Source: an uncultured delta proteobacterium
GTDB lineage: Bacteria; Desulfobacterota; Desulfomonilia; UBA1062
Assembly (NCBI GenBank): GCA_963798485.1
Contig: CAWCTR010000007.1
Location: 416,001-480,000, forward strand
Length of the DNA: 64,000 nucleotides
Direction: 5' to 3'
The notes beneath the pieces were generated by a model that had not been told where the DNA came from, searched no databases, and saw only the letters and a list, made by a program, of their open reading frames with translations. This document shows, one piece after another, positions 1 to 9,763 of the stretch. Positions within the stretch are counted from its first letter, which is position 1; each line of letters opens with the position of its first letter. The position numbers were made by a program, and so were the translations under genes.

Positions 1-939
1 CTGTTGGCCTTGGAGTCCGACTTTCAAATTAGCAAGATCGCTTTTTAGAATATCAAGAAATGATATGCCATACTCCAATTGATCCTTTGTCAAATTATGC
101 GCTGCATTAAGAAGTAACATTTTCGCATTCGTTTCATTGGCAATCGTTTCGGCAATCTTGGGGCTCGTAAGCTCTTCATAGTAAACATATTTAATGTTGT
201 GTCTTTTTATCTGATCCACCAGCTTGGCAAGGTCGTTGGCAGTAGGTTCGGCATCCGGAGAGACGCCCTGGGCAGCTAAATATATCAAACCATACCGGCG
301 AGCCAAATAACCGAAAGCATAATGCCCTCCATAAATGATTTTTTTACCTTTGTAAGGGGCGAGAGTTGTGCTGTACGCACTATCCATTTCAGTTAGCTTC
401 TTGTTATATTCATCTGCTTTCTCTTTATAAAAATCCTTATTTAAAGTATCCTTTGTCTGTAAGCCCCGCATGATGTTGTTAACCATTATTTTGGCATTCT
501 CAAAATCAAGCCAAATGTGTGGGTCAAGTGATCCTGCAGGTTCATCTGCATCGTGAAATACACCAGGAATCATCTTCGTGCCTTGGCTTGAATCAACTAC
601 AATGAGATTCTTGTTTGAAATACTTTTTAATATATCTGCAGCCCATGGTTCCATAAATTTGCCTGTATACACAAAAAGATCCGCTTCATTAATCTTGATA
701 ACGTCACTTGGTTTGGGTTCAAATGAATGGGCTTCCACGCCCGGAGGAAGCAGCAATGAAACCTCTACCTTGTCTTTCCCAACATTTTTCACAAAGTCAT
801 AAAGGGGGAAAAGTGTTGTCACAACTTTAATCTTATGTGATCTTTCTGCATCTGTATGGCTTGAACTATTACACCCAATTGCAAAAATAACAGTGCAAAG
901 GGTTAGAATAACAATTCCGGAAAATACTTTTTTGACCAT
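1..939 (-). CDS. Zn/Mn ABC transporter substrate-binding lipoprotein (ZnuA/TroA family), 3' end outside window
   Basis: Manual translation from ATG 939: MVKKVFSGIVILTLCTVIFAIGC (lipobox), VVTTLFPLYDF, EAHSFEP, DPHIWLD, GHYAFGYLA. Open to position 1, so absent from the ORF track. Confidence 0.9.
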   Translation of the reverse strand, partial: MVKKVFSGIVILTLCTVIFAIGCNSSSHTDAERSHKIKVVTTLFPLYDFVKNVGKDKVEVSLLLPPGVEAHSFEPKPSDVIKINEADLFVYTGKFMEPWAADILKSISNKNLIVVDSSQGTKMIPGVFHDADEPAGSLDPHIWLDFENAKIMVNNIMRGLQTKDTLNKDFYKEKADEYNKKLTEMDSAYSTTLAPYKGKKIIYGGHYAFGYLARRYGLIYLAAQGVSPDAEPTANDLAKLVDQIKRHNIKYVYYEELTSPKIAETIANETNAKMLLLNAAHNLTKDQLEYGISFLDILKSDLANLKVGLQGQQ

Positions 940-995
940 ATGTTCCGTCCTCGCTGTATAGCTTTGTCTTTTATTCTTTTCATACTCATGATATC

Positions 996-1026
996 CATAG
1001 TAATACATAGTAATACATAGTAATAC
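996..1026. repeat. 10-bp tandem repeat (CATAGTAATA) x3
   Basis: Three exact consecutive copies at 996, 1006 and 1016. Confidence 0.9.
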
Positions 1027-1044
1027 CTTTCCCATATAAGTCAA
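1017..1044 (-). promoter_or_regulatory. Putative sigma70 promoter of the metal-binding protein gene
   Basis: Minus strand TTGACT-16 nt-TACTAT; the -10 lies in the tandem repeat. Confidence 0.5.
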
Positions 1045-1180
1045 GGGTTCCAAAAAAATGGACCCCGGATAACAAGAACAACAGTAATCCACCATGACAG
1101 GATTTTAGTACTCAACGGGTACTTGTTTCTGAATGTTCAACAATTATTATCAACTCACAAGAAAAGTGAGGGAGGTATCT

Positions 1181-1363
1181 ATGCTGAGTTGCGCTACAAT
1201 GAAAAAAGGTGAGATCTACATGTGCAAGGACTGTGGTCTTGAGATTAAAATAGTTCAAGAATGCAAAGAATGTAAAGAGCCAGAAGGCTCTTCGGCTTCA
1301 TGCTGCGGAACTGGATGTACCTTTTCTTGTTGCGGTGAAGAACTAAAGAAAAAAAAGGCATAA
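1181..1363 (+). CDS. Small Cys-rich metal-binding protein, desulforedoxin-like
   Basis: GGAGG RBS before ATG 1181; 60 aa with 10 Cys; KKGEIYMCKDCG...CCGEELK resembles the desulforedoxin CxxC...CC pattern. Confidence 0.7.
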   Translation: MLSCATMKKGEIYMCKDCGLEIKIVQECKECKEPEGSSASCCGTGCTFSCCGEELKKKKA

Positions 1364-1451
1364 AAAAAACTATAAGATAACTCAAAATACATTGAAGGCA
1401 AGGGGATGGATGTTCACCTGCCATCTTTCATGAGGCGTAGTAAGATCCTCC

Positions 1452-2255
1452 TCATTGAGGAAGCAGGGTCTCAATCAGTCCCCAGCGACCTACAGGAGGG
1501 GGTCCCTTAAAGAATACATACGGCATTCTTGGTGGAGGTACCTTCTTAATTGAAGAGACTTCAACCGCTGGATAGGCCCCTGTCAGGCCATGTTCTGTTT
1601 TGATGATACCTTTGACCCTTACCCAATCATCCTTGGCAAAAGCATCGGCATTATCATATAAGCATGTTAGGCCCAAAACCTGTGCATCAGCTGTGCAACA
1701 GGTGATAGCAAAGCGGGCAACCACTAATTGATTTTTGCGGAACTCATCATTTTTATACACAAAACCTACAAAGTCTATATTTTTGTCAACAAAGCTCCGA
1801 GGCTGTAAAGTCAGCATCTGCATTGCATACATGAAAGTATTGTCGGTAATGACAGGGTTCCAATTGGCTGCATAATTGTAAACCGTTGCAGACTCAACTG
1901 ATCTCCCGCTTACCTGCTGGTTATTCGTCAGGTTGATACCCTTCTGGTTTACCATATATGAACTCAGAGCTTTAGGAGGCATGAGCAATCCAATGGCTAA
2001 CGGGACGATAAAAACAACATACATTCCCCATCCTCTTCTGAACTCATGATGCAGAATTTCTTGCGGCTTCAATGTATTGATAAATTGAACCAGCGCCAGT
2101 GCATAAAAAAACCAATAGGAAATCTTGATTCCCACTATAAACCTGGGATGAATGTACAAAAGGACATCGCCATTCAAAACAACGTGCATTAATAAATATC
2201 CGAATCCGAACAAAAGCAATGCGCGTATGAGGCCTGTTAGTTTGGCAAAAACCAT
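1452..2255 (-). CDS. TIGR03943/YcgQ-type putative permease subunit
   Basis: N-terminal TM helices with YIHPRF; RFAITCCTADA motif; follows a YcgR-type permease. Confidence 0.8.
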   Translation of the reverse strand: MVFAKLTGLIRALLLFGFGYLLMHVVLNGDVLLYIHPRFIVGIKISYWFFYALALVQFINTLKPQEILHHEFRRGWGMYVVFIVPLAIGLLMPPKALSSYMVNQKGINLTNNQQVSGRSVESATVYNYAANWNPVITDNTFMYAMQMLTLQPRSFVDKNIDFVGFVYKNDEFRKNQLVVARFAITCCTADAQVLGLTCLYDNADAFAKDDWVRVKGIIKTEHGLTGAYPAVEVSSIKKVPPPRMPYVFFKGPPPVGRWGLIETLLPQ

Positions 2256-2258
2256 AAA

Positions 2259-3785
2259 TTAGACTCCGAACAGATTAAGATTGACGCTGATAAGGGCATA
2301 GCTGAATGTTAAAAGGGTAACGATCAGGATTAAAAGGGATACAAAAGATGCCTTAAACTGACTTGACATCATCAGAGTGTTTTTCAAATCAATCATGGCA
2401 CCATAAACAAGGAATGCTACAATTGACCCTGTTGAGAACGAAGAGGACATTGCCCTTGCTACAAATGCATCGGCACTTGAGCAGATTGATAGTCCAAAAC
2501 CAAAGAGCATCATCACAGGTATTGACAAAACCATTCCATGACCCACGCTTGCTATTGCGCTTCTTGGAATGACGACCTGAACAAGAGATGCAAGAAAAGC
2601 GCCGATGATAAAATACATGCCCATAGTAAAAAACTCATTGCTGGTATGCAAGAGAACATCATGGAGCTTAGTAGGCAATGACTTAGAGTGGTGGTCATCG
2701 CAACAATCACCATGATTATGGTTGTCGCAGGCCTCTTCTCTTAAGATGTTTTGACTGCCGAAGTGCAAATTGGTTATCAACCCGGCAAAGACTGCCACAA
2801 AAAATGTCCCGACCATCCTATAAACCGCCATTGACCCTGTAGGGAAAGCCATTATTGTGGACACCAAAGCAACCGGGTTGATAACCGGAGCTGCCAGCAT
2901 GAACGTAATAGCGATATGAAGGGGTACCCCCTTTCGTATGAGACGACTTGCCACCATGACAATTCCACATTCACATATAGGGAAGATCATCCCCATGAAT
3001 GCAGCTGCGATCAGACCAGGAAGGGTTCTCTTCGGCAAAAACCTGGCTATTGTCTCTTCAGAAATAAACACCTCTATTACTGCAGAGAAAAATGCCCCGA
3101 TGAGGAGAAAGGGGAGTGATTCCAGAATGACACTTAAGAAGAGAGTTTCAAGGCTGCTCACTTGCTCATAATTAATCCTGCTGAGTGCGGGAATCCCGTA
3201 TCCGGCAGCCCATAGGTAAATCATTATGAACAAGGAAACGATGATTAACCCTATTGAGAATTTTTGCAGCCTCGATGCAGGAGCATGAAGGTAACGAAAA
3301 TCCAATTCCTGAACAAAAGTCGTCTTAACTCTCTTAGAAATAAGCATATACGGAACCCAAACCAAACATGTCAGGAAAGCGGAACTGATATTTCTCATAA
3401 AGACAAGGTTAATTACCGGTTTTCCCGGCAGGATCAATTTAATTGCAAAAGTGTCTACAATTGTTATGAGTAAAGACAAGACAGATATTGCAATGAACCA
3501 CTTCGGAAAGCTTTTTGATTTCTTGAAGAATAAAAGAATCATAAACGAAGAAGCGAAAAACAAACCGATATTGGTAAAGACTTCCGATAGAATATACGGA
3601 CCCCATAGCGGGTGATATGCATTACTGGCTGGGTTGGTTAATATGGCCCACATCCCATGAGAAAATATCGGGAGAAATGTATTTATCAAAACGGCGCCTG
3701 TCTTGAGTGGAGCAACAAGTACACCTATTCCAACCAGGATCAGCCAGCCTCTTAATCCATTGAGTTCCTTGTTTCCTTGAGTCAT
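2259..3785 (-). CDS. DUF2569-like membrane domain fused to YcgR/ArsP-type permease
   Basis: N-terminal GLRGWLIL...WVPY..SKRVKTTF (DUF2569-like); C-terminal LESLPF, PICECG, His/Cys-rich loop, LSICSSADAF. Start moved to ATG 3785. Confidence 0.75.
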   Translation of the reverse strand: MTQGNKELNGLRGWLILVGIGVLVAPLKTGAVLINTFLPIFSHGMWAILTNPASNAYHPLWGPYILSEVFTNIGLFFASSFMILLFFKKSKSFPKWFIAISVLSLLITIVDTFAIKLILPGKPVINLVFMRNISSAFLTCLVWVPYMLISKRVKTTFVQELDFRYLHAPASRLQKFSIGLIIVSLFIMIYLWAAGYGIPALSRINYEQVSSLETLFLSVILESLPFLLIGAFFSAVIEVFISEETIARFLPKRTLPGLIAAAFMGMIFPICECGIVMVASRLIRKGVPLHIAITFMLAAPVINPVALVSTIMAFPTGSMAVYRMVGTFFVAVFAGLITNLHFGSQNILREEACDNHNHGDCCDDHHSKSLPTKLHDVLLHTSNEFFTMGMYFIIGAFLASLVQVVIPRSAIASVGHGMVLSIPVMMLFGFGLSICSSADAFVARAMSSSFSTGSIVAFLVYGAMIDLKNTLMMSSQFKASFVSLLILIVTLLTFSYALISVNLNLFGV

Positions 3786-3851
3786 TTGAATTCCTTGCTT
3801 CCTGTAGCAGTAATATTCCATTCAGTTTGATTTGTTTAATATACCCACCCA

Positions 3852-4952
3852 TCATTCGTGAATAAGTTTTGAAACACGTTCGAGTGTTATCCCTTCAGCT
3901 TTGAGCTTGGGAACCTCCCTCAGTAATACAGCGATAGTCTCAGTGTGCGGGTGGCAGATGCCAATAGCGCTTGAATGTTTTACAGCTTTTCTTTTCAGCT
4001 CTTCAAGCTGGCCCATGATGTAGGCTTCATTCAGCTCATCATCAAGGAACACATCACGTTTATTCCAGGGAAGGCCGATCTCCTGGGCAACCTTAAATCC
4101 CACGGATTTACTTGAGGTAAGGCTATCGATATAGAAGAGGCCCTTATTTTTAAGCTCCGTTTCAACAAGCATCATGATCTCCCGATCCTGAGTCACTTCG
4201 GAGCCCATATGATTGTTCACGCCAGTTATATATGGCACGGCCCTGATATCACCCAGCAGGATGGTCCGGATCTGATCAGGAGCCATGCCCTTGAAGATCG
4301 CTCCCTCACCGGGGTCATGACCGGCAGCACCTTGCATAGGCAGATGTAACATGACCTCATGGCCCTTTGTATGGAGATATTGTGCAACCTCTTGTGAGTG
4401 CGGGCGCATAGGCATGACAGAGAAAGTAAGATCTCCATCAATTACCGCGAGCTGTTCTGCAGGTTTCATATCAGTGCCCATATCGTCCACTATGATGGCC
4501 ATATAGCCTGTTGGAAGAGCAGGGACGACAGGCTTGGGAGGAATCACAGCGGCTACTTCCTTTTTCGGATAAATGAATTCAATCATCCAGGTCTCGTCAC
4601 CAACTTCTATTGTTACATACCCGATATCCTTGATCTCGATGTTGCCGTATTTCTCGGCTGGCTTGAATGCGGATGACAACTGATCACGGGTGAAGTTTTT
4701 ACGGGACTCCACCTTGATTGTATGATTATAGGTCGTTGTCTGGTCTTTATGAATTCCGAGATCAAACAGACAGCCCTTTATAATTAAATCAGGTTTCAAA
4801 AGCTTTGCAGGTGCCACCAGTACATGTTGTGCTTCCCTTCTGTGCATACCCTTTTCCAGAAATACGACTGCCCCCACAAGGACCATTATGATTGCAAATA
4901 TGGCAAGGAGAGTAGCTTGATTGACGTTGATCTTTTTCCTTCTCTTTCTCAT
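3852..4952 (-). CDS. Divergent polysaccharide deacetylase family protein (YibQ-like)
   Basis: AIIVDDMG, HLPMQ, GVNNHMGS, YIDSLT, RDVFLD, AIGICHP. Confidence 0.9.
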   Translation of the reverse strand: MRKRRKKINVNQATLLAIFAIIMVLVGAVVFLEKGMHRREAQHVLVAPAKLLKPDLIIKGCLFDLGIHKDQTTTYNHTIKVESRKNFTRDQLSSAFKPAEKYGNIEIKDIGYVTIEVGDETWMIEFIYPKKEVAAVIPPKPVVPALPTGYMAIIVDDMGTDMKPAEQLAVIDGDLTFSVMPMRPHSQEVAQYLHTKGHEVMLHLPMQGAAGHDPGEGAIFKGMAPDQIRTILLGDIRAVPYITGVNNHMGSEVTQDREIMMLVETELKNKGLFYIDSLTSSKSVGFKVAQEIGLPWNKRDVFLDDELNEAYIMGQLEELKRKAVKHSSAIGICHPHTETIAVLLREVPKLKAEGITLERVSKLIHE

Positions 4953-6400
4953 TCGTTGGTCGACCCTTTCTTCTTTAGGCTGGAGTGGTTGCTTCTGACC
5001 ACACTCTCTCCCGAGTCAGCCCCATTGTTGGCATATGCATTTATGCCATGGATGATGCCGTCAATAATGCTGTTCTGGTAGGATTCTTTCTGCAGGAGTT
5101 TACATTCTGTAGGGTTGGTGATGAACCCGGTCTCTATCAGGATAGCCGGCATCTGCGCACCTACCAGGACATAGAAAAGGGCCTGTTTGACACCATGGTT
5201 CTGGCAGGTGTTCTCGGATTTCTCGTGAGATGAGATAATGGAGTTCTGAACGTACGTGGCAAACTTGGATGATTCATTTATTTTGCTGTTAAGCATAAGG
5301 TCGTTGATGATGAACTTGAGATCACTCAACGATTTGGTTGTTGTTTCATTCTCTGTTGCAGCAATTTTAATGGCATAGTCATCTTTGGTCATATTGAGAA
5401 AATAGGTCTCAACCCCATCCAAGGATTTGTCAGGGTTTGAGTTCACATGGATGGAAATAAAGAGATCTGCCTTGTTCTTATTTGCAAAGGCTGTTCGCTC
5501 CTCAAGGGGGATAAAGATATCTTCATCCCTGGTGAGGAAGGCTTCGAAGCCTTCTTCTTTCAGGCGTTTTGCAAGTGCCTTGCCTATTGCAAGGGTGATA
5601 TCTTTTTCCTTCTCACCATCTGGTCCTATTGCTCCAGTGTCCTTCCCTCCATGGCCTGGGTCAATGACGACCTTCGATATTTTGCGAGAGAGTCCATTTG
5701 TTACGGAAGACTGATTGCCCATAACTTGTGAAGGTGTATTATCCTTGTCCACAGTGATCGCATCCTCATTCCGGTCAAGGGTCTTATCAGATTGCTTTGT
5801 CTCCTTGTGCTTGAGATCGGTACCTTCCTGATTATCCACATCGGGAGCCTTCTCCTCACCCCCGTTCTTTTTTTTCTCAAGGCTGTGAAGAGCAGCTCTC
5901 GCCTTCAAGGAAATATCCCCTCTTGGATACTTCTTCACGATCTCATGATATAGTTCGATGGCCTTCTTTTTCTCTCGTAGTCTGACCTCGTAGACTTTGG
6001 CCTCCCTGAAAAGGGCATCGGGCACAGTTCCGGAATCGGGATACTTGCTGACGACCGTCTTATAGGCTTTGACTGCTTCTTCAAGGTCAGCCTTCCTGAA
6101 GAAGTAGCCATAGATCTGCTCGTAGAGTTTTCCCTCCATATATAAGGCTTTCGGGGCAAAAGACGATTCAGGGTATCCTATTGTGACATCATCAAACTTT
6201 TGCACCACCTTCACCCAGTTGGCTTTGTCCTTCCGGAGGCTTGCATCTCGTGATAGCTCAACATATGCCGAATTAGCTTCCCGATATTTTTCTTTTGCAC
6301 CAGAGGTGGCGGCAAAAACAGCCTTCTGCATGTCGGGGAGGAAAAGAAGTATGCAGATTGTAATTATTATGGGTATGATTCTGGGTCTATATATAGTCAT
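4949..6400 (-). CDS. N-acetylmuramoyl-L-alanine amidase (Amidase_3) with N-terminal TPR repeats
   Basis: VIDPGHGGKD, EKDITL, FISIHVNS, ILIETGF; TPR-like YP.S repeats. Start moved to ATG 6400. Confidence 0.9.
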   Translation of the reverse strand: MTIYRPRIIPIIITICILLFLPDMQKAVFAATSGAKEKYREANSAYVELSRDASLRKDKANWVKVVQKFDDVTIGYPESSFAPKALYMEGKLYEQIYGYFFRKADLEEAVKAYKTVVSKYPDSGTVPDALFREAKVYEVRLREKKKAIELYHEIVKKYPRGDISLKARAALHSLEKKKNGGEEKAPDVDNQEGTDLKHKETKQSDKTLDRNEDAITVDKDNTPSQVMGNQSSVTNGLSRKISKVVIDPGHGGKDTGAIGPDGEKEKDITLAIGKALAKRLKEEGFEAFLTRDEDIFIPLEERTAFANKNKADLFISIHVNSNPDKSLDGVETYFLNMTKDDYAIKIAATENETTTKSLSDLKFIINDLMLNSKINESSKFATYVQNSIISSHEKSENTCQNHGVKQALFYVLVGAQMPAILIETGFITNPTECKLLQKESYQNSIIDGIIHGINAYANNGADSGESVVRSNHSSLKKKGSTNE

Positions 6401-6441
6401 GGTGTTTATCAATGCCCCTTGTAAAATACTCTTATTGCCTA

Positions 6442-7308
6442 TCAGAGTGGAGAGAGCCCTGAGTGAGCCGGGGTCCCATGGGCGGCTGCCTGCACTTTTG
6501 TAATAGCTGCATTGGGAGTGCCCCCATTGGCAGAGGCCTTGAGGATTGCGCCTGAGATCATGCGCCAGTTTTCTTTCTCGTGGTCTCTCCAGATCATGTA
6601 GCGGGAAAGCTCGTAGGGATCTTTGTTGAGACCCAAAGGAGAGAGAACAGGCCCCCACGTGATGGTAAAGGCATAAGAATATCCTGCCTCCTTTAATGTC
6701 TTTTTCGTAATGCCGGCTCGCACCCCGTTCGGATATACAAAGGCCGTGATCTTCTTATTCAGGTTTTTCTCGAGGGTCTCTTTAGAGTCATAGATCTCCC
6801 TGAGAAACCCTTTCTTATCTTTGTCATAGAATTTCTGGTTCATGAGTTCATGGTAGTATCCATGGGCAGCAATATCGCACCCATCTTTCGAGAGTTCCTT
6901 CAATTGCTCCCAGGTAAGGGCAAAGGACTTTTTCCCGATAATGGATGGATAAATAGCCAGCATGGGCTTGATATGCCGGGGCTTGAGAATCTCCTGATAG
7001 GCAGGGTAGGCACTCTGATTTCCATCGTCAATAACGAGAAGCAGGTTCTGTGTCCCCGTGACTGAGCCCTTGAGGAGATCGGCGTACGATGTGAAATGGA
7101 ATCCTTTGCTCTGGAAATACTCCAATTGAGAGCGGAGCTCCTGCATGGAAATATCGCCTGCAAATTTCTTGTTTCCGAGGAAGGAATGATAACAGAGTAC
7201 AAATACCTTCTTATCTGCAGCGTATGCCGGAGTCCATCCTCCAGCAAGGCAAAGCACGATCACAAGCACTAGGGCCGGAATAAAGGTTAGTAGTCTATGT
7301 CTGTTCAT
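6442..7308 (-). CDS. Secreted polysaccharide deacetylase (CE4)
   Basis: Signal peptide, LCYH, IDDG, AHGYYH, FVYPNG. Confidence 0.85.
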   Translation of the reverse strand: MNRHRLLTFIPALVLVIVLCLAGGWTPAYAADKKVFVLCYHSFLGNKKFAGDISMQELRSQLEYFQSKGFHFTSYADLLKGSVTGTQNLLLVIDDGNQSAYPAYQEILKPRHIKPMLAIYPSIIGKKSFALTWEQLKELSKDGCDIAAHGYYHELMNQKFYDKDKKGFLREIYDSKETLEKNLNKKITAFVYPNGVRAGITKKTLKEAGYSYAFTITWGPVLSPLGLNKDPYELSRYMIWRDHEKENWRMISGAILKASANGGTPNAAITKVQAAAHGTPAHSGLSPL

Positions 7309-7756
7309 AGTTTGATCCTTAAGCATGAAGTGGGAAGCAATGCAAGAGATCCGAATATCGGGATATTGATCTTTTGTATCTCTGTTATCATATATTCATT
7401 TAGTCTTGACTCCGGTAGTGAAATTATTTGCCAACCCCAAGAAATGGAGGTTTTTCACAGTCAGAAGATGGGAATAAGGGGTTAATGGATTGAAATCCTG
7501 TACATAGCCTTTGAGAAGAAGGCCATCTATGAAGTGAGCAACAACCTTGATCGGATCCACCTTTCCCCCATCAGATTATTTAAGATAAAGATATAAGACG
7601 ATTGAAGTACAGCATTTGTTTACAGAGACTCTGGATGAAGGCAATATTTTCTCTCTCGCATGAAATATTTTCCAGGAGGGCACTGTAGCGTCCCGTACAT
7701 AAATTAGGAAGCGCCTGCCTTTTCTCCTGTGGCATAATGGTTGCTCACTGTAGGGT

Positions 7757-9763
7757 ATGATAATAGAGTTTGTCCGCCATTTTCTGATCATAGCACTAAT
7801 ATCCCTGACACTACTTGCCATAGCATTCAGTTTTTTCTCTCAATTCGTCCTGCCTGCCATGCGCCTCAGGAAAGACCTTCAGGCGACCATCGAGCGGATC
7901 AGGCGCTTAAAGGCGGCCTCCAAGGGTAAGGTAACCGACCTTGAGGAGATCTCGCAGGAGATACTGACAAGTGAAAGGTTGCGCCACCCCTGGCAGGAGT
8001 ATCGCGAAACGCTCCATGAACAACAGTTCGCTGATCCCTCCGGTCATGGCAAGTCGGTACGGTGGCGTTCCACAACCCTGGCTGAGACCTTTTTCTCCGA
8101 TCAGGCCCTTGTAGATACCCCGTTGAAGACCGCTTTCTACAAGCATCTGCCCGGGATACTCACCGGGCTCGGCATCATCGGCACGTTCTCGGGCCTCATC
8201 GTAGGCCTGATCAGGTTCGAGGTGTCAGGCGATGCGGACAAGGTGCGTGCGAGCCTGAACGGGCTCATACAGAGCGTGGGGTATTCCTTTGTCGTATCCG
8301 CAACGGCTATCACCCTTGCCATGATCTTTATCTGGGTTGAGAAATCACTCGTTACGGTGTGCTACCGTCACGTCGAGAACCTATGCCAGCTCATAGACAG
8401 CCTCTTCGATACCGGGGCCGGGGAGGAGTATCTGGCGCGCCTCGTGGTTGCCTCGGAGACTTCGGCAGAGCTCACACAGAAGATAAAGGATTCCCTGGTA
8501 GGCGACCTCAGACAGGTCTTCACCGAGCTCGCCACGCAGCAGATGAAGGCCTCGGCCCTGCTTAATAAAAATCTCTCCGTAACCATCGCCCAAGGTATAA
8601 CCAAGAGCATAGAAGCACCCATGGAGCGTATCTCCATGGCCGTTGAGAAGGCAAGCACTAACCAGGGCGATGCGGTGAACAAGGTACTCTCCGATGTCTT
8701 GGCAAGCTTTTCGTCACAGATGCAAGGCCTGTTCGGCAATCAGTTCCATGAAATGGGCGACATCCTTAAAGGAACCGCAACAGCCATCCAGTCGGCTGCC
8801 TTGCAGGTGACCAGGTGCGTTGAAACCATGCAGGCCACGGGAAAAGGAACGGAACAAGCCATGGCCGAACGCCTGAACAGTGCGGTCAATTCGCTGGATG
8901 AACGTCAGAAGATCATGGACAGGTCCATGAGTGCCTTTGTAGAAAAGACTTCTCTGGTGAACACCTCCCAGACAGAGGCAACAAGGAATATGCAGTCGAT
9001 CCTTACCGACATCGGGGAGCGGATGGCGGGCATCGTTACCCAGATCGAGACACAGTCACGGCACACGGCAGAGGTGTATGAAGCACACCAGGGCGCTCTG
9101 GCAGAACAGACCATCTCCACAATGGGCGAGATAACGAACCAGCTCAGGACCCTTGCCAATGAGATGAGACAGGCAGGTGAAGTTACCCGTGACAGCGCGA
9201 CAAACCTGGCCTTCATCACCAAAGAATCGACAGGGCTGTTCAATGCAGGTGCACAGGCCCTGCAGGTCTCTTTCAAAGACTTTTCAAAGGCCTCCGGTAT
9301 GGTGAGCACGAGCATGCAGGCGATACAGAAGGCATCAGTTGAGATCCAGGGCGCCTCATCCAACCTCGCACAGGTAACAAACGGGGTAAAGGATATGATG
9401 GATGAACACAGGCGCACGAGCGATATTTTTGCAACTATTGTCTCGGATCTCAGGTCCACCATTGAGAATGCCCGGCACGAGGCGTCCATGACCACCCAGA
9501 TCGTTGCGCGGATACAGAAGGCAACCGAGCAGCTCGGCATAGCCCAGAACAAGGCGGAGGAATATCTCCATGGGCTGACTGATGTGCTGGCCCAGGCGCA
9601 TGCCGAGTTCGCCGGAAATATCGAACTGACGCTCCGGAAGAGCAATACCCAGTTCCATGAAGAGCTCTCCAGGGCCGTATCGCTGGTCTCAGGGGCAATT
9701 CAGGATTTCGGGGATGTCCTCGACTCGGCCTCGGACAAGGGTGAAAAGAAATGCTGGGTCTAA
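7757..9763 (+). CDS. zorA: Zorya anti-phage protein A (MotA-like head plus long helical tail)
   Basis: TM1, cytoplasmic domain, LPGILTGLGIIGTFSGL and a third TM, then about 430 aa of helical tail; overlaps a zorB-like gene. Confidence 0.9.
   Translation: MIIEFVRHFLIIALISLTLLAIAFSFFSQFVLPAMRLRKDLQATIERIRRLKAASKGKVTDLEEISQEILTSERLRHPWQEYRETLHEQQFADPSGHGKSVRWRSTTLAETFFSDQALVDTPLKTAFYKHLPGILTGLGIIGTFSGLIVGLIRFEVSGDADKVRASLNGLIQSVGYSFVVSATAITLAMIFIWVEKSLVTVCYRHVENLCQLIDSLFDTGAGEEYLARLVVASETSAELTQKIKDSLVGDLRQVFTELATQQMKASALLNKNLSVTIAQGITKSIEAPMERISMAVEKASTNQGDAVNKVLSDVLASFSSQMQGLFGNQFHEMGDILKGTATAIQSAALQVTRCVETMQATGKGTEQAMAERLNSAVNSLDERQKIMDRSMSAFVEKTSLVNTSQTEATRNMQSILTDIGERMAGIVTQIETQSRHTAEVYEAHQGALAEQTISTMGEITNQLRTLANEMRQAGEVTRDSATNLAFITKESTGLFNAGAQALQVSFKDFSKASGMVSTSMQAIQKASVEIQGASSNLAQVTNGVKDMMDEHRRTSDIFATIVSDLRSTIENARHEASMTTQIVARIQKATEQLGIAQNKAEEYLHGLTDVLAQAHAEFAGNIELTLRKSNTQFHEELSRAVSLVSGAIQDFGDVLDSASDKGEKKCWV

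Noticed and set aside
996-1026. CRISPR array
   Set aside because: The 10-bp contiguous repeats have no spacers and there are no cas genes; no repeat-spacer array was seen anywhere in the window.
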